Assembly: GCA_964557435.1 (NCBI GenBank)
Contig: CAZLAM010000054.1
Location: 1-24,000, forward strand
DNA: 24,000 nt
DNA from: an uncultured Eubacteriales bacterium
Lineage (GTDB): Bacteria; Acidobacteriota; Aminicenantia; Aminicenantales; UBA4085
Direction: 5' to 3'
Below the pieces are notes generated by a model. The model saw only the letters and a list, made by a program, of their open reading frames with translations, ran no database searches and had not been told where the DNA came from. Below are positions 8,549 to 15,774 of this stretch, in pieces; the first letter of the stretch is position 1, and the number at the start of each line of letters is the position of its first letter. A program made the translations under genes and the position numbers.

Positions 8549-8652
8549 CATGCCCCGGGTTTTTCGGGGCTAGTCCTACGGTTTTTGTAGGGCATGCCCC
8601 GGATTTTTTGGGGCTAGTCCTACGGTTTTTGTAGGGCATGCCCCGGGTTTTT
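8549..8652. repeat. 44-bp tandem repeat, about 2.4 copies (8549-8592, 8593-8636, partial 8637-8652)
   Basis: The unit is CATGCCCCGG(G/A)TTTTT(C/T)GGGGCTAGTCCTACGGTTTTTGTAGGG. Each unit contains two small hairpins with identical GGTTTTT loops (GCCCCG/CGGGGC and CCTAC/GTAGG), and the unit junctions form the palindrome GGGCATGCCC. Confidence 0.9.
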
Positions 8653-8783
8653 GCATAACATACCCCGGGCTTCACTCGCCCTCATCGCTTGGCGAATGAG
8701 GACTGCAAAGCCTGGAGAGTCGAAAGGGTTTATTATATTGGGAGTACCGCAGTCGCAGATCACCCGAAAAGGAGAAACCGAGC

Positions 8784-9102
8784 ATGACTCGAAAACTAAA
8801 TAGTCTCTCCCCCTGAACCGCTTACCAACGGCGACGAAAAAATCCGGGCCATCCTGGCGGCCATGAACCGCACCGGCCGCAACTGTCGGGTGACCTTCAA
8901 CTACCGCTATTCGCCGCCGCGGACCCAGGTCAAGGACCTGCTCATGGCCGGGACAATCGGCGACGTCCTGTCGGTGGATTTCCATTGGATGCTCAACACC
9001 CTGCACGGAGCGGACTATTTCCGCCGCTGGCACAGCCGGAAGGAGTTCAGCAATGGCTTGATGTGCCACAAAGCCACCCACCATTTCGATCTGGTCAACT
9101 GA
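8784..9102 (+). pseudogene. Remnant of a Gfo/Idh/MocA-family oxidoreductase (internal fragment of about 95 aa)
   Basis: Frame 1 from about 8815 reads [95 protein letters not shown], then TGA. This matches the conserved mid-region (NYRY...[10 protein letters not shown]...[10 protein letters not shown]) of proteins about 430 aa long. The Rossmann N-domain and the C-terminal half are absent. An SD (AAGGAG) plus ATG at 8784 opens a different frame that stops after 10 codons. Confidence 0.7.
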
Positions 9103-9221
9103 CGATCGCCGACCTGGCCCCCGGATTGGCCTACCCCGATTATCCGGTCATGCCTAAACGGACGGACGCCGTGCCGATGCCGAAGAAGACGTGAGGGCTG
9201 TTTTCCAAAGCGCGCTCACCG

Positions 9222-9251
9222 TTGACATCTTTCGCGAACTTGGGCTATATG
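9222..9251 (+). promoter_or_regulatory. Candidate sigma70-type promoter for the 9262-11522 gene pair
   Basis: TTGACA (9222-9227), 18 nt, then TATATG (9246-9251). The ATG at 9262 would then be nearly leaderless. No SD precedes either 9262 or the in-frame ATG at 9304. Confidence 0.3.
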
Positions 9252-9261
9252 GATTCTAACT

Positions 9262-10209
9262 ATGAGCCGATTTATAACGAAGCCGTCTTCGATAAACGAA
9301 CTGATGACTGATCCCTGCCGGGAAGTCCGGCGGCGAAGCTATTTCGGAGGGCTCTTCGTCGCGGTCTTCCTGGCCTGGTCCCAAATCGGGGCATTTGATC
9401 GGACGTCCGGGGAAACGACAGCCCTTCGGTTCCGGCCCCGAGCGGGCGAATCGTTCACTTATCAGATGGAGGTCCGCCTCTCGGCCGGGACGAGATCGGC
9501 GTTTCTTCCCGATGAATCCGTGGCCCTCCGCATCAGCGGCCCCCTGATGATTCATATCCGCGATAGTGCCGGGACGACCATCCGCGCCTCCTTGGAGACG
9601 GAAGGACTCGTCTTCGATACACTGACAGGAGACGGATTCAGTCGGACCGTCCTGTCGACACTCCCCCGCCGTTCGCTGGACCTCGTCTTGAATGAAACGG
9701 GAGCGGTCCTAGCGGTTTCCGGACTCGACAGTTTAACCCGCGATTCCGTCCTGGGTGTGCCCCTGGACCGGCTGTTGCGCGTCCTTTTCCCCCGCCTGCC
9801 CTCGGTAAAACTTTCTTCAACGGGGACCTGGACGGAAGCCAGGGATATCGTCTATCCGCTACCGGCGGGCGAAATCATGTTGCGTTGGACGGAAAACGGA
9901 CGCCGGACCCCGCTTACGCGGGGCGAGCCGTTCTCCCTGACGGCGGACCTCGACATCGCCGTCCCCGAAAGCATCCCGGCGGATTCTTTGAAGCCGAGGA
10001 TCACCGGCCGAGGCACGGGATCCAGTTCCCTCCGTATTTCATCCGGCTCGGGGCTTTTTTCCGGCTACCAGCTCCGGCTCCGGTTCGACGGCGGGCTGGC
10101 CGTGCGGTTCCAAGGCCTCCGACTTGCGGCGTTTCCGTTTTCGTTCGAAGCCGATTCGTCGCTCGAGCTCATCTCTGCGAATCCAACCACGCCAGAGGGA
10201 CCATCATGA
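9262..10209 (+). CDS. Hypothetical protein with an N-terminal hydrophobic anchor or signal (no family recognised)
   Basis: 315-aa ORF (alternative ATG at 9304). It has a hydrophobic segment YFGGLFVAVFLAWSQIGAF and non-degenerate composition. Its TGA overlaps the next gene's ATG (ATGA at 10206-10209). Confidence 0.6.
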   Translation: MSRFITKPSSINELMTDPCREVRRRSYFGGLFVAVFLAWSQIGAFDRTSGETTALRFRPRAGESFTYQMEVRLSAGTRSAFLPDESVALRISGPLMIHIRDSAGTTIRASLETEGLVFDTLTGDGFSRTVLSTLPRRSLDLVLNETGAVLAVSGLDSLTRDSVLGVPLDRLLRVLFPRLPSVKLSSTGTWTEARDIVYPLPAGEIMLRWTENGRRTPLTRGEPFSLTADLDIAVPESIPADSLKPRITGRGTGSSSLRISSGSGLFSGYQLRLRFDGGLAVRFQGLRLAAFPFSFEADSSLELISANPTTPEGPS

Positions 10210-11522
10210 GGACATCCGGATTCATCCTTATCGTCGCCGCGGCTTCGGCGGCCGTTGCGGGCTGTACCAAGAGTTCCCCGACGCCCAAGCCCCCCGCCGC
10301 CACGACCTATACGGTGACGGTCGATTTCGGGGAGGAGGTCGCGGCCAAGAGCATGTCGGGCTTCCTGCAGGCCTTCAACGAAACAAACCCACCGGACGAT
10401 AAGATCCTCCCGCTCAAACCCGCCCATCTGCGTTCGGGCTATTTTCGGACCAACTACGACAGGGCCCGCCGGCTCGGCATGACCGTCCACGCCGTCCTGA
10501 GCGATACCTGGGGATATCCGAGCCCGGAACTCGGCTGGCCCTACCAGAATTACTCCGCTTTTGAAGCCCGCGTCAAAAAAATCGCGGCCTCATTCATCGG
10601 CAAGCCGATCGTCTGGGATATCTGGAATGAACCGGACTCCCCCTTCTTCTGGGCCGGAACGCGCTCGCAGTATTTCGAGACGTTTCGGCGGGCCTATTTT
10701 GCCTTGCGGGAAGTGCTGGGGGACGGCCTGGAGGTGGAGGGTCCGAGTATAAGCCAATACGACGGCGGCTTCCTGACGGATTTCCTTGATGACGCCTTGG
10801 CCAACGGCGTTAAAGTCCAGTGGCTGACCTGGCATGAACTGGGCAACAATGTCCGGCAGGTCGCTAACCTCCTGACTGGAGCGAAATCCTCCTTCCTCCA
10901 AAACGCCAAGTACACGGCCCTCGGATTGAAAGGCATCCTCATCAACGAGGTGACTTCAGAGGGCAACCAATACAACCCGGCCCACATCCTGGGATATCTG
11001 GCCATGCTGGAGAAAGGCGGCGCCGCCGGAGCCTGTAAATCATGCTGGTCGAATCTGGCCGGAGACCCTTTCATCAATTGCAACAACTGGTCGCTCGACG
11101 GTATCTTGAACCCATGGACATTTCAGCCGCGGGCGGCCTGGTGGCTATATAAAATGTATGGGGACGGGGCGGCATCCAGGGTCCGGACCGATTCGATCGA
11201 CGATGCCGTCTACGCCCTCGGCAGCGCCCGCTCGGAAGCCGCCGAAACGGCGCAGGTGCTGGTCGGCTATTATTCGAATGACGTGAATACCCCTTCAAAG
11301 ACGGTTTACATCCACCTCAAAAACATCGGATCCCTGCCCTTTCTGGCGGGAGCGACCCAAGTCAAGCTTCGCTTCGAGCGGCTCCTGAACTACGGCGAAT
11401 CGGTCATCGATGGACCGGCGTTCGTCCGGGACAATACTTTGACCATATCGGGCGGGGCGGTCCTGACGGATATCTCTTCCTTCGACCGCGACGAAGTCTA
11501 TCGGATCACCATCTCCCTCTGA
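10206..11522 (+). CDS. Clan GH-A glycoside hydrolase-like lipoprotein (GH39-like)
   Basis: The ATG at 10206 is preceded by AGAGGGA. The N-terminus is MRTSGFILIVAAASAAVAGC, with a VAGC lipobox. VWDIWNEPDSPFFWAGTRSQYFETF...VEGPS resembles the GH39 acid/base region (W.vWNEP...FW.GT..eY...GGP). The track ORF start at 9885 (TTG) lies inside the upstream gene. Confidence 0.75.
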   Translation: MRTSGFILIVAAASAAVAGCTKSSPTPKPPAATTYTVTVDFGEEVAAKSMSGFLQAFNETNPPDDKILPLKPAHLRSGYFRTNYDRARRLGMTVHAVLSDTWGYPSPELGWPYQNYSAFEARVKKIAASFIGKPIVWDIWNEPDSPFFWAGTRSQYFETFRRAYFALREVLGDGLEVEGPSISQYDGGFLTDFLDDALANGVKVQWLTWHELGNNVRQVANLLTGAKSSFLQNAKYTALGLKGILINEVTSEGNQYNPAHILGYLAMLEKGGAAGACKSCWSNLAGDPFINCNNWSLDGILNPWTFQPRAAWWLYKMYGDGAASRVRTDSIDDAVYALGSARSEAAETAQVLVGYYSNDVNTPSKTVYIHLKNIGSLPFLAGATQVKLRFERLLNYGESVIDGPAFVRDNTLTISGGAVLTDISSFDRDEVYRITISL

Positions 11523-11641
11523 CCCCGAATACCCGGCCAGGCCTAAGAAATCCAAGTAGCGCCTGAAGGCCTCCCCCGATCGAAGCGGACGTCGTTCGGC
11601 GGCTGGTCGGGAACGAACTCACCCCTGGCTACGGAAGACCG

Positions 11642-11659
11642 CAGACCCTTGGGGGTCTG
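11642..11659 (+). terminator. GC-rich hairpin, weak candidate terminator downstream of the GH39-like gene
   Basis: CAGACCC-TTGG-GGGTCTG followed by AT-rich ACATTTAACATTATTATCATTCTT. There is no clean U-tract and it lies 120 nt past the stop. Confidence 0.3.
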
Positions 11660-11800
11660 ACATTTAACATTATTATCATTCTTGGACGCCTTTCGACTCC
11701 CGTCTTTTCCCTCCGGAACACCGCTATTAATGAATAATGCCGGATCAACCCATTCGGCTCCCCGGTCTGAAGACCGGGGTATGCTCCGGGTTAATACTGA

Positions 11801-11842
11801 GCGGCACTTTTTCCCCGATTTAAAAACGGGGTTTGGCGCCGC
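11801..11842 (-). terminator. Two-tier stem-loop 8 nt after the cydB stop, weak candidate terminator
   Basis: Outer stem GCGGC/GCCGC (11801-11805 / 11838-11842) and inner stem CCCCG/CGGGG (11813-11817 / 11827-11831). No U-tract follows on the minus strand. Confidence 0.25.
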
Positions 11843-11849
11843 GAACATA

Positions 11850-12869
11850 TCAATAATGTTCATCGGGATCCGCACCCCCGAGTTTTTTCCGAAAGACCCG
11901 ATACACCCAGACCTGATAAACGATGACGATCGGAACGAAGATGAGCGCCACGACGGTCATGATCTTGAGCGTCAGCAGGCTGGACGAGGCGTTGAAGGCG
12001 GTCAGGCTCGATGCCGGGTCCAGACGCGACGGGATGAGGTTCGGAAAAAGGCCGACCAGTCCCGTGGCCGTCGTCAGGACGATGGCCAGGCCCGAGGCGG
12101 CGAAGGCCGCGCCCGCTTGCTTGCGCTCGGCATGGATTTTGACTTCGAGAAGCGCCAGGACGGTCAGCCCCGGAACGGCGATAAGCCAAGGGGTCTTGAG
12201 GTAATTCGCGGCCAACCCCGTGGCGAAATAGGAGAGGACCAGAAAATTGACGGCGGTCAGGAGAAGGATCCACCAGAGTCGGCCGGCCAGCTTGAGGGCC
12301 CGGGCGCTGAAGTCCCCGACCGTCCGCAGGGCCAGCCAGATCGCCCCATGGACGAGGAACAGCAGGAGGAAGAACAAACCCGTCAGCAGAGCGTAGGGAT
12401 TGAGCAGGCCGAGCAGGCTGCCTTGCCAGCCCTGCGCGTCGAAGGGCAGGCCGCGGAACAAGTTGCCGAAGGCGACGCCGAAAAGAACGGCGGGGACGAG
12501 GCTCCCGATCGTCAGACCGGTGTCCCAGGTCCGTTTCCAACCGACCGTCTCCCCCTTGGCCCGGAACTCCAGCGAGACGCCGCGGATGATCAGGCCGAAC
12601 AACACCAGGAGAAGAGCCGTGTAGAGGAAGCTGAACAGCGAGGCGTAGGCCGCGGGAAAAGCGGCGAACATCGCGCCGCCGGCGGTCAGGAGCCAGACCT
12701 CGTTGCCGTCCCAGGTTGGGCCGATGGCCCGCCGAATGAGGCTTTTCTCCTCCTCACTCTTGGCCAGGAATCCGTAAAGCACCCCGGCGCCGAGGTCAAA
12801 ACCATCTAAAAGAAAATAGGCGGCCCACAGCACGCCCCACAGGACGAACCAGATGATCTGAAGCGTCAT
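11850..12869 (-). CDS. cydB: Cytochrome bd ubiquinol oxidase subunit II
   Basis: 339 aa with the N-terminus MTLQIIWFVLWGVLWAAYFLLDGFDLGAG typical of CydB. It is multi-pass hydrophobic, has an AGGAGG SD, and starts 10 nt after the cydA stop. Confidence 0.95.
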   Translation of the reverse strand: MTLQIIWFVLWGVLWAAYFLLDGFDLGAGVLYGFLAKSEEEKSLIRRAIGPTWDGNEVWLLTAGGAMFAAFPAAYASLFSFLYTALLLVLFGLIIRGVSLEFRAKGETVGWKRTWDTGLTIGSLVPAVLFGVAFGNLFRGLPFDAQGWQGSLLGLLNPYALLTGLFFLLLFLVHGAIWLALRTVGDFSARALKLAGRLWWILLLTAVNFLVLSYFATGLAANYLKTPWLIAVPGLTVLALLEVKIHAERKQAGAAFAASGLAIVLTTATGLVGLFPNLIPSRLDPASSLTAFNASSSLLTLKIMTVVALIFVPIVIVYQVWVYRVFRKKLGGADPDEHY

Positions 12870-12879
12870 GGTTTTCCTC

Positions 12880-14193
12880 CTAGGCCGCAGCCGGGCCCTT
12901 CTTTGCGGTTTTTTTTAGCAGGATCAGGTCGGCGACGGCCAAGCCGCCGTAAAGAAGCGTAAAACCTCCCAGAGAAAACCAGACCTGCCCTGAGGAGACC
13001 GCCTTGGAAACGCCTTCCGAGGTCTTCATCAAGCCGTAGACGATCCAAGGCTGGCGGCCGATCTCGGTCACGATCCAACCGAGTTCGATGGCGATATACG
13101 GCAGGGGAATAGCCCAGATGAGAGTGCGGAGAAGAAGTGTATGCGAGGTGATCGAATCCTTGCGGCCCCGCAGCCAGCCGAGAAAAGCCAGCAAGACCAT
13201 GAGAAGCCCGAGCCCGACCATGATCCTGAAGCTCAGAAATACGGGCAGGACGGGAGGCCGGATATCGGGAGAGAAGTCCTTCAGGCCTTTGACTTCGGCC
13301 CCGCCCCGGTGATAGGCCATCAGGCTCAAGCCTTTGGGAATCTTCAGAAATTCGAAGACGTTGCGTTCATTTTTTGCGTCAGGCCAGGCGAAGACGGTGT
13401 ACGGCGCCCCGGACCGGGTCTCCCAATGGGACTCCATGGCCGCCAGCTTGACCGGCTGGCGCTTGGCCACGTTGACGCCCTGCAGGTCGCCCGTGCCGGC
13501 CACTAACACCGACGCAGCCAGAGCGAAGGCGGCCGCGGTCCGGAACGAGGTCCGGAAGAACCCGGATTCGTTTTTCCGCAGGAGGTGGTAGGCCGAAACG
13601 CCCATGACGAAAAACCCGGCGCAGAGGAATCCCGACAACAAGGTATGGATGAACATCGACCAGCCGTAGGGATTGCCGACGAGAGCGGCGAAGTCCGTCA
13701 TTTCGGCCCGGCCGTTGCGCAAGGCATAGCCGACGGGATTCTGCTGCCAGCCGTTGGCCAGAATGATCCATAGGGCGGACAAATTGGTAGCGAAGGCGAC
13801 CAGCGTGATGGATAGGGCATGGACTTTCTTCGACAGTTTGTTCCAGCCGAAGATCCACAGGCCGATGAAGGTCGATTCGAGGAAAAAAGCGGCCGTGGCC
13901 TCGATGGCCAGTGGGGCGCCGAAGATATCGCCCACGTAACGGGCGTACTCCGCCCAGTTCATGCCGAACTGGAATTCCATGGAAATACCGGTGACGACAC
14001 CGAGGGCGAAATTAATCAGGAAAAGCTTTCCCCAGTACTTGGCCAGGCGCCGGAATTTTTCATCTCCCGTCCGGACGAATTTCCATTCCCACCAGGCAAT
14101 GAGCCAGGATAGTCCCAGCGTCAGGGGAACGAATAGAAAATGGAACATAATAGTGACGGCGAACTGCATGCGGCTGAGGGTCAGGACATCCAT
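12880..14193 (-). CDS. cydA: Cytochrome bd ubiquinol oxidase subunit I (short form, 437 aa)
   Basis: The ATG at 14193 is preceded by AGGAGGG plus 7 nt. The N-terminus is MDVLTLSRMQFAVTIMFHFLFVPLTLGLS, with typical CydA helices and the GRQPW motif (EIGRQPWIV). The 88-aa track extension to 14457 overlaps the fucosidase gene and is rejected. Confidence 0.95.
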   Translation of the reverse strand: MDVLTLSRMQFAVTIMFHFLFVPLTLGLSWLIAWWEWKFVRTGDEKFRRLAKYWGKLFLINFALGVVTGISMEFQFGMNWAEYARYVGDIFGAPLAIEATAAFFLESTFIGLWIFGWNKLSKKVHALSITLVAFATNLSALWIILANGWQQNPVGYALRNGRAEMTDFAALVGNPYGWSMFIHTLLSGFLCAGFFVMGVSAYHLLRKNESGFFRTSFRTAAAFALAASVLVAGTGDLQGVNVAKRQPVKLAAMESHWETRSGAPYTVFAWPDAKNERNVFEFLKIPKGLSLMAYHRGGAEVKGLKDFSPDIRPPVLPVFLSFRIMVGLGLLMVLLAFLGWLRGRKDSITSHTLLLRTLIWAIPLPYIAIELGWIVTEIGRQPWIVYGLMKTSEGVSKAVSSGQVWFSLGGFTLLYGGLAVADLILLKKTAKKGPAAA

Positions 14194-14212
14194 CCGAATT
14201 CCCTCCTTTCTC

Positions 14213-15703
14213 TCAGTCTCGATAAGCCCAAGCGGATGCGGGTACGGCCTGCTTGGCCAAGCCCCCCCCTGCCAGGAGACGGTCAATCCGTCGCTCCCCG
14301 CGGCATTGAAATAAATGATCCGGTGGGTCGGAGACATCGGGCCGGCCGTCAATCTCCAGGACCACGACGCTGTCGTCGGCATCGGGAGACGCGGCCGGGA
14401 CCTTGACGATGACGGCATCCTCGGACCGGACCCAGGCCAGGGCCGCCTTCCCGGCATCGGCCAGAAGATAAGCCCGCCGCGGGTCGCTCAGCAGTCCGGG
14501 AACAGGCAGTTTCCCGTCCTTGGGCCAGTCGAATACATGGAGGTAGAGCCGGGTCCCGCCGCCGGCGGCCTTCTGCGTGGCGCGACCCCAAGCCAGGCGT
14601 TTGAAGGGGCCGGCTTGAGTGCCGTGGATGGCCTCGCCGTTGGCTTTCATCCAGCGGCCGATGGCGGCCAGACGATCGATGCTGGGCCCGGGGAAGAGCC
14701 CTTCCGAGGTCGGCCCGACGTTGAGCAGGAAGTTCCCGCCCTTGGAAGCGATGTCGGCCAGCTTGCGGATAAGGTCCCGCGGCGATTTCCAGGCCTGATC
14801 GTTTTTGTTGAAGCCCCAGTTTTCGTTCATCGTCAGGCACGTTTCCCAGTCCGCGCCGGGGATGCCGGTGGCCGGGATGGTCTGCTCGGGCGTCCCGAAA
14901 TCGCCGGCCGAGTCCTTGCTCTCGGAGAAACCCTCCATCCCCGTTCGCGAGGCGCCGACGCGGTTGTTGATGATGATCTTGGGCTGAAGCAAACGGACAT
15001 AATCGTAAAGGTCGCGTCCGCGGGCTTCGGTCCAGGTGCTCTCCCATTCGCCGTCGAACCAGAGGACGCCGAGGTCGCCGTAGTTCGTCAGAAGCTCCTT
15101 GAGCTGGGCTTTCATGTACTGGACATAACGATCATAGTTCGCGCCCGCTTCGGGCCGATCCTTGGTCTCCCACGGCCGCCGGGGCAGATAGTCGGGATGG
15201 TGCCAGTCCATGATGGAGTGGTAGAAACAGAGCTTGATCCCCTCCTTGCGGCAGGCCTCGGCCAGCTCCTTGAGAATGTCCCGTTTAAAGGGGGTGGCCA
15301 TGACATCGAAGTCCGAGGCCTTGGAGTTGAAAATGGCGAACCCGTCATGGTGCTTGGAGGTGATGACGATGTACTTCATCCCGGCGTCCTTGGCCATCCG
15401 AACCCAGTCGACGGCCTTGAACTTGACCGGATTGAATTGGGCGATGAATTTGTCGTAAGTGCCGATGGGGATCTGGGCGTTGTGGCGGATCCATTCGCCG
15501 TAGTTCGTCTTTCCGCCCCACTCCCCGGCCGGGATGGCGTACAGGCCCCAGTGGATGAACAGCCCGAAACGGGCCTCGCGCCACCAGGCCATGCGGGCAT
15601 CGTGCTCGGCCTTGGTCTCCAGCCCCGGCGCCCCAGAAGCCGAAATAATCGCCGCGAACAATCCCAGCAAACAGACGAGGAGGACGGATCTTTTCATCAT
15701 CAC
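14213..15703 (-). CDS. Secreted alpha-L-fucosidase, glycoside hydrolase family 29
   Basis: It has a signal peptide (MMMKRSVLLVCLLGLFAAIISASG) and the GH29 signature WWREARFGLFIHWGLYAIPAGEW...YIVITSKHHDGFAIF. The start is GTG at 15703 or ATG at 15700, after AAGGAG. Confidence 0.92.
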   Translation of the reverse strand: MMMKRSVLLVCLLGLFAAIISASGAPGLETKAEHDARMAWWREARFGLFIHWGLYAIPAGEWGGKTNYGEWIRHNAQIPIGTYDKFIAQFNPVKFKAVDWVRMAKDAGMKYIVITSKHHDGFAIFNSKASDFDVMATPFKRDILKELAEACRKEGIKLCFYHSIMDWHHPDYLPRRPWETKDRPEAGANYDRYVQYMKAQLKELLTNYGDLGVLWFDGEWESTWTEARGRDLYDYVRLLQPKIIINNRVGASRTGMEGFSESKDSAGDFGTPEQTIPATGIPGADWETCLTMNENWGFNKNDQAWKSPRDLIRKLADIASKGGNFLLNVGPTSEGLFPGPSIDRLAAIGRWMKANGEAIHGTQAGPFKRLAWGRATQKAAGGGTRLYLHVFDWPKDGKLPVPGLLSDPRRAYLLADAGKAALAWVRSEDAVIVKVPAASPDADDSVVVLEIDGRPDVSDPPDHLFQCRGERRIDRLLAGGGLAKQAVPASAWAYRD

Positions 15704-15739
15704 GGTTTCTCCTTCTCCCGAACTCTCATCGATGTCGGA

Positions 15740-15768
15740 AAGATAGTGAATCCGGTTCCGGCTGTCAA
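15740..15768 (-). promoter_or_regulatory. Candidate sigma70-type promoter for the fucosidase-cydAB run
   Basis: The minus strand reads TTGACA (15768-15763), 17 nt, then TATCTT (15745-15740). It lies between the PolX stop (15775) and the fucosidase start. Confidence 0.4.
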
Positions 15769-15774
15769 TGTTCG

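Noticed and set aside
8549-8652. Possible miniature CRISPR array.
   Set aside because: The units are directly abutting with no unique spacers, there are only about 2.4 copies, and no cas genes are in the window.
8620-9084. 154-aa minus-strand ORF.
   Set aside because: It is antisense to the Gfo/Idh/MocA-homologous frame and runs into the tandem repeat. No motif or SD is present.
9885-10205. TTG-initiated extension of the GH39-like ORF. Similar extensions occur at 5642-5689 (lipoprotein) and 19710-19823 (membrane protein).
   Set aside because: In each case an internal ATG gives a proper signal, lipobox or TM N-terminus. Two of the three (lipoprotein, GH39-like) also have a clear SD, while the membrane protein has only a weak one. 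The 9885-10205 extension overlaps a neighbouring gene, and the other two run into upstream non-coding sequence with no SD.
11543-11875. 110-aa minus-strand ORF in the convergent spacer.
   Set aside because: It starts at a GTG inside cydB in another frame with no SD. It spans hairpins and AT-rich segments, and its composition is unlike the neighbouring genes.
14194-14457. 88-aa N-terminal extension of cydA in the track.
   Set aside because: It overlaps the 3' end of the fucosidase gene. The canonical CydA N-terminus starts at the ATG at 14193, which has a strong AGGAGGG SD.
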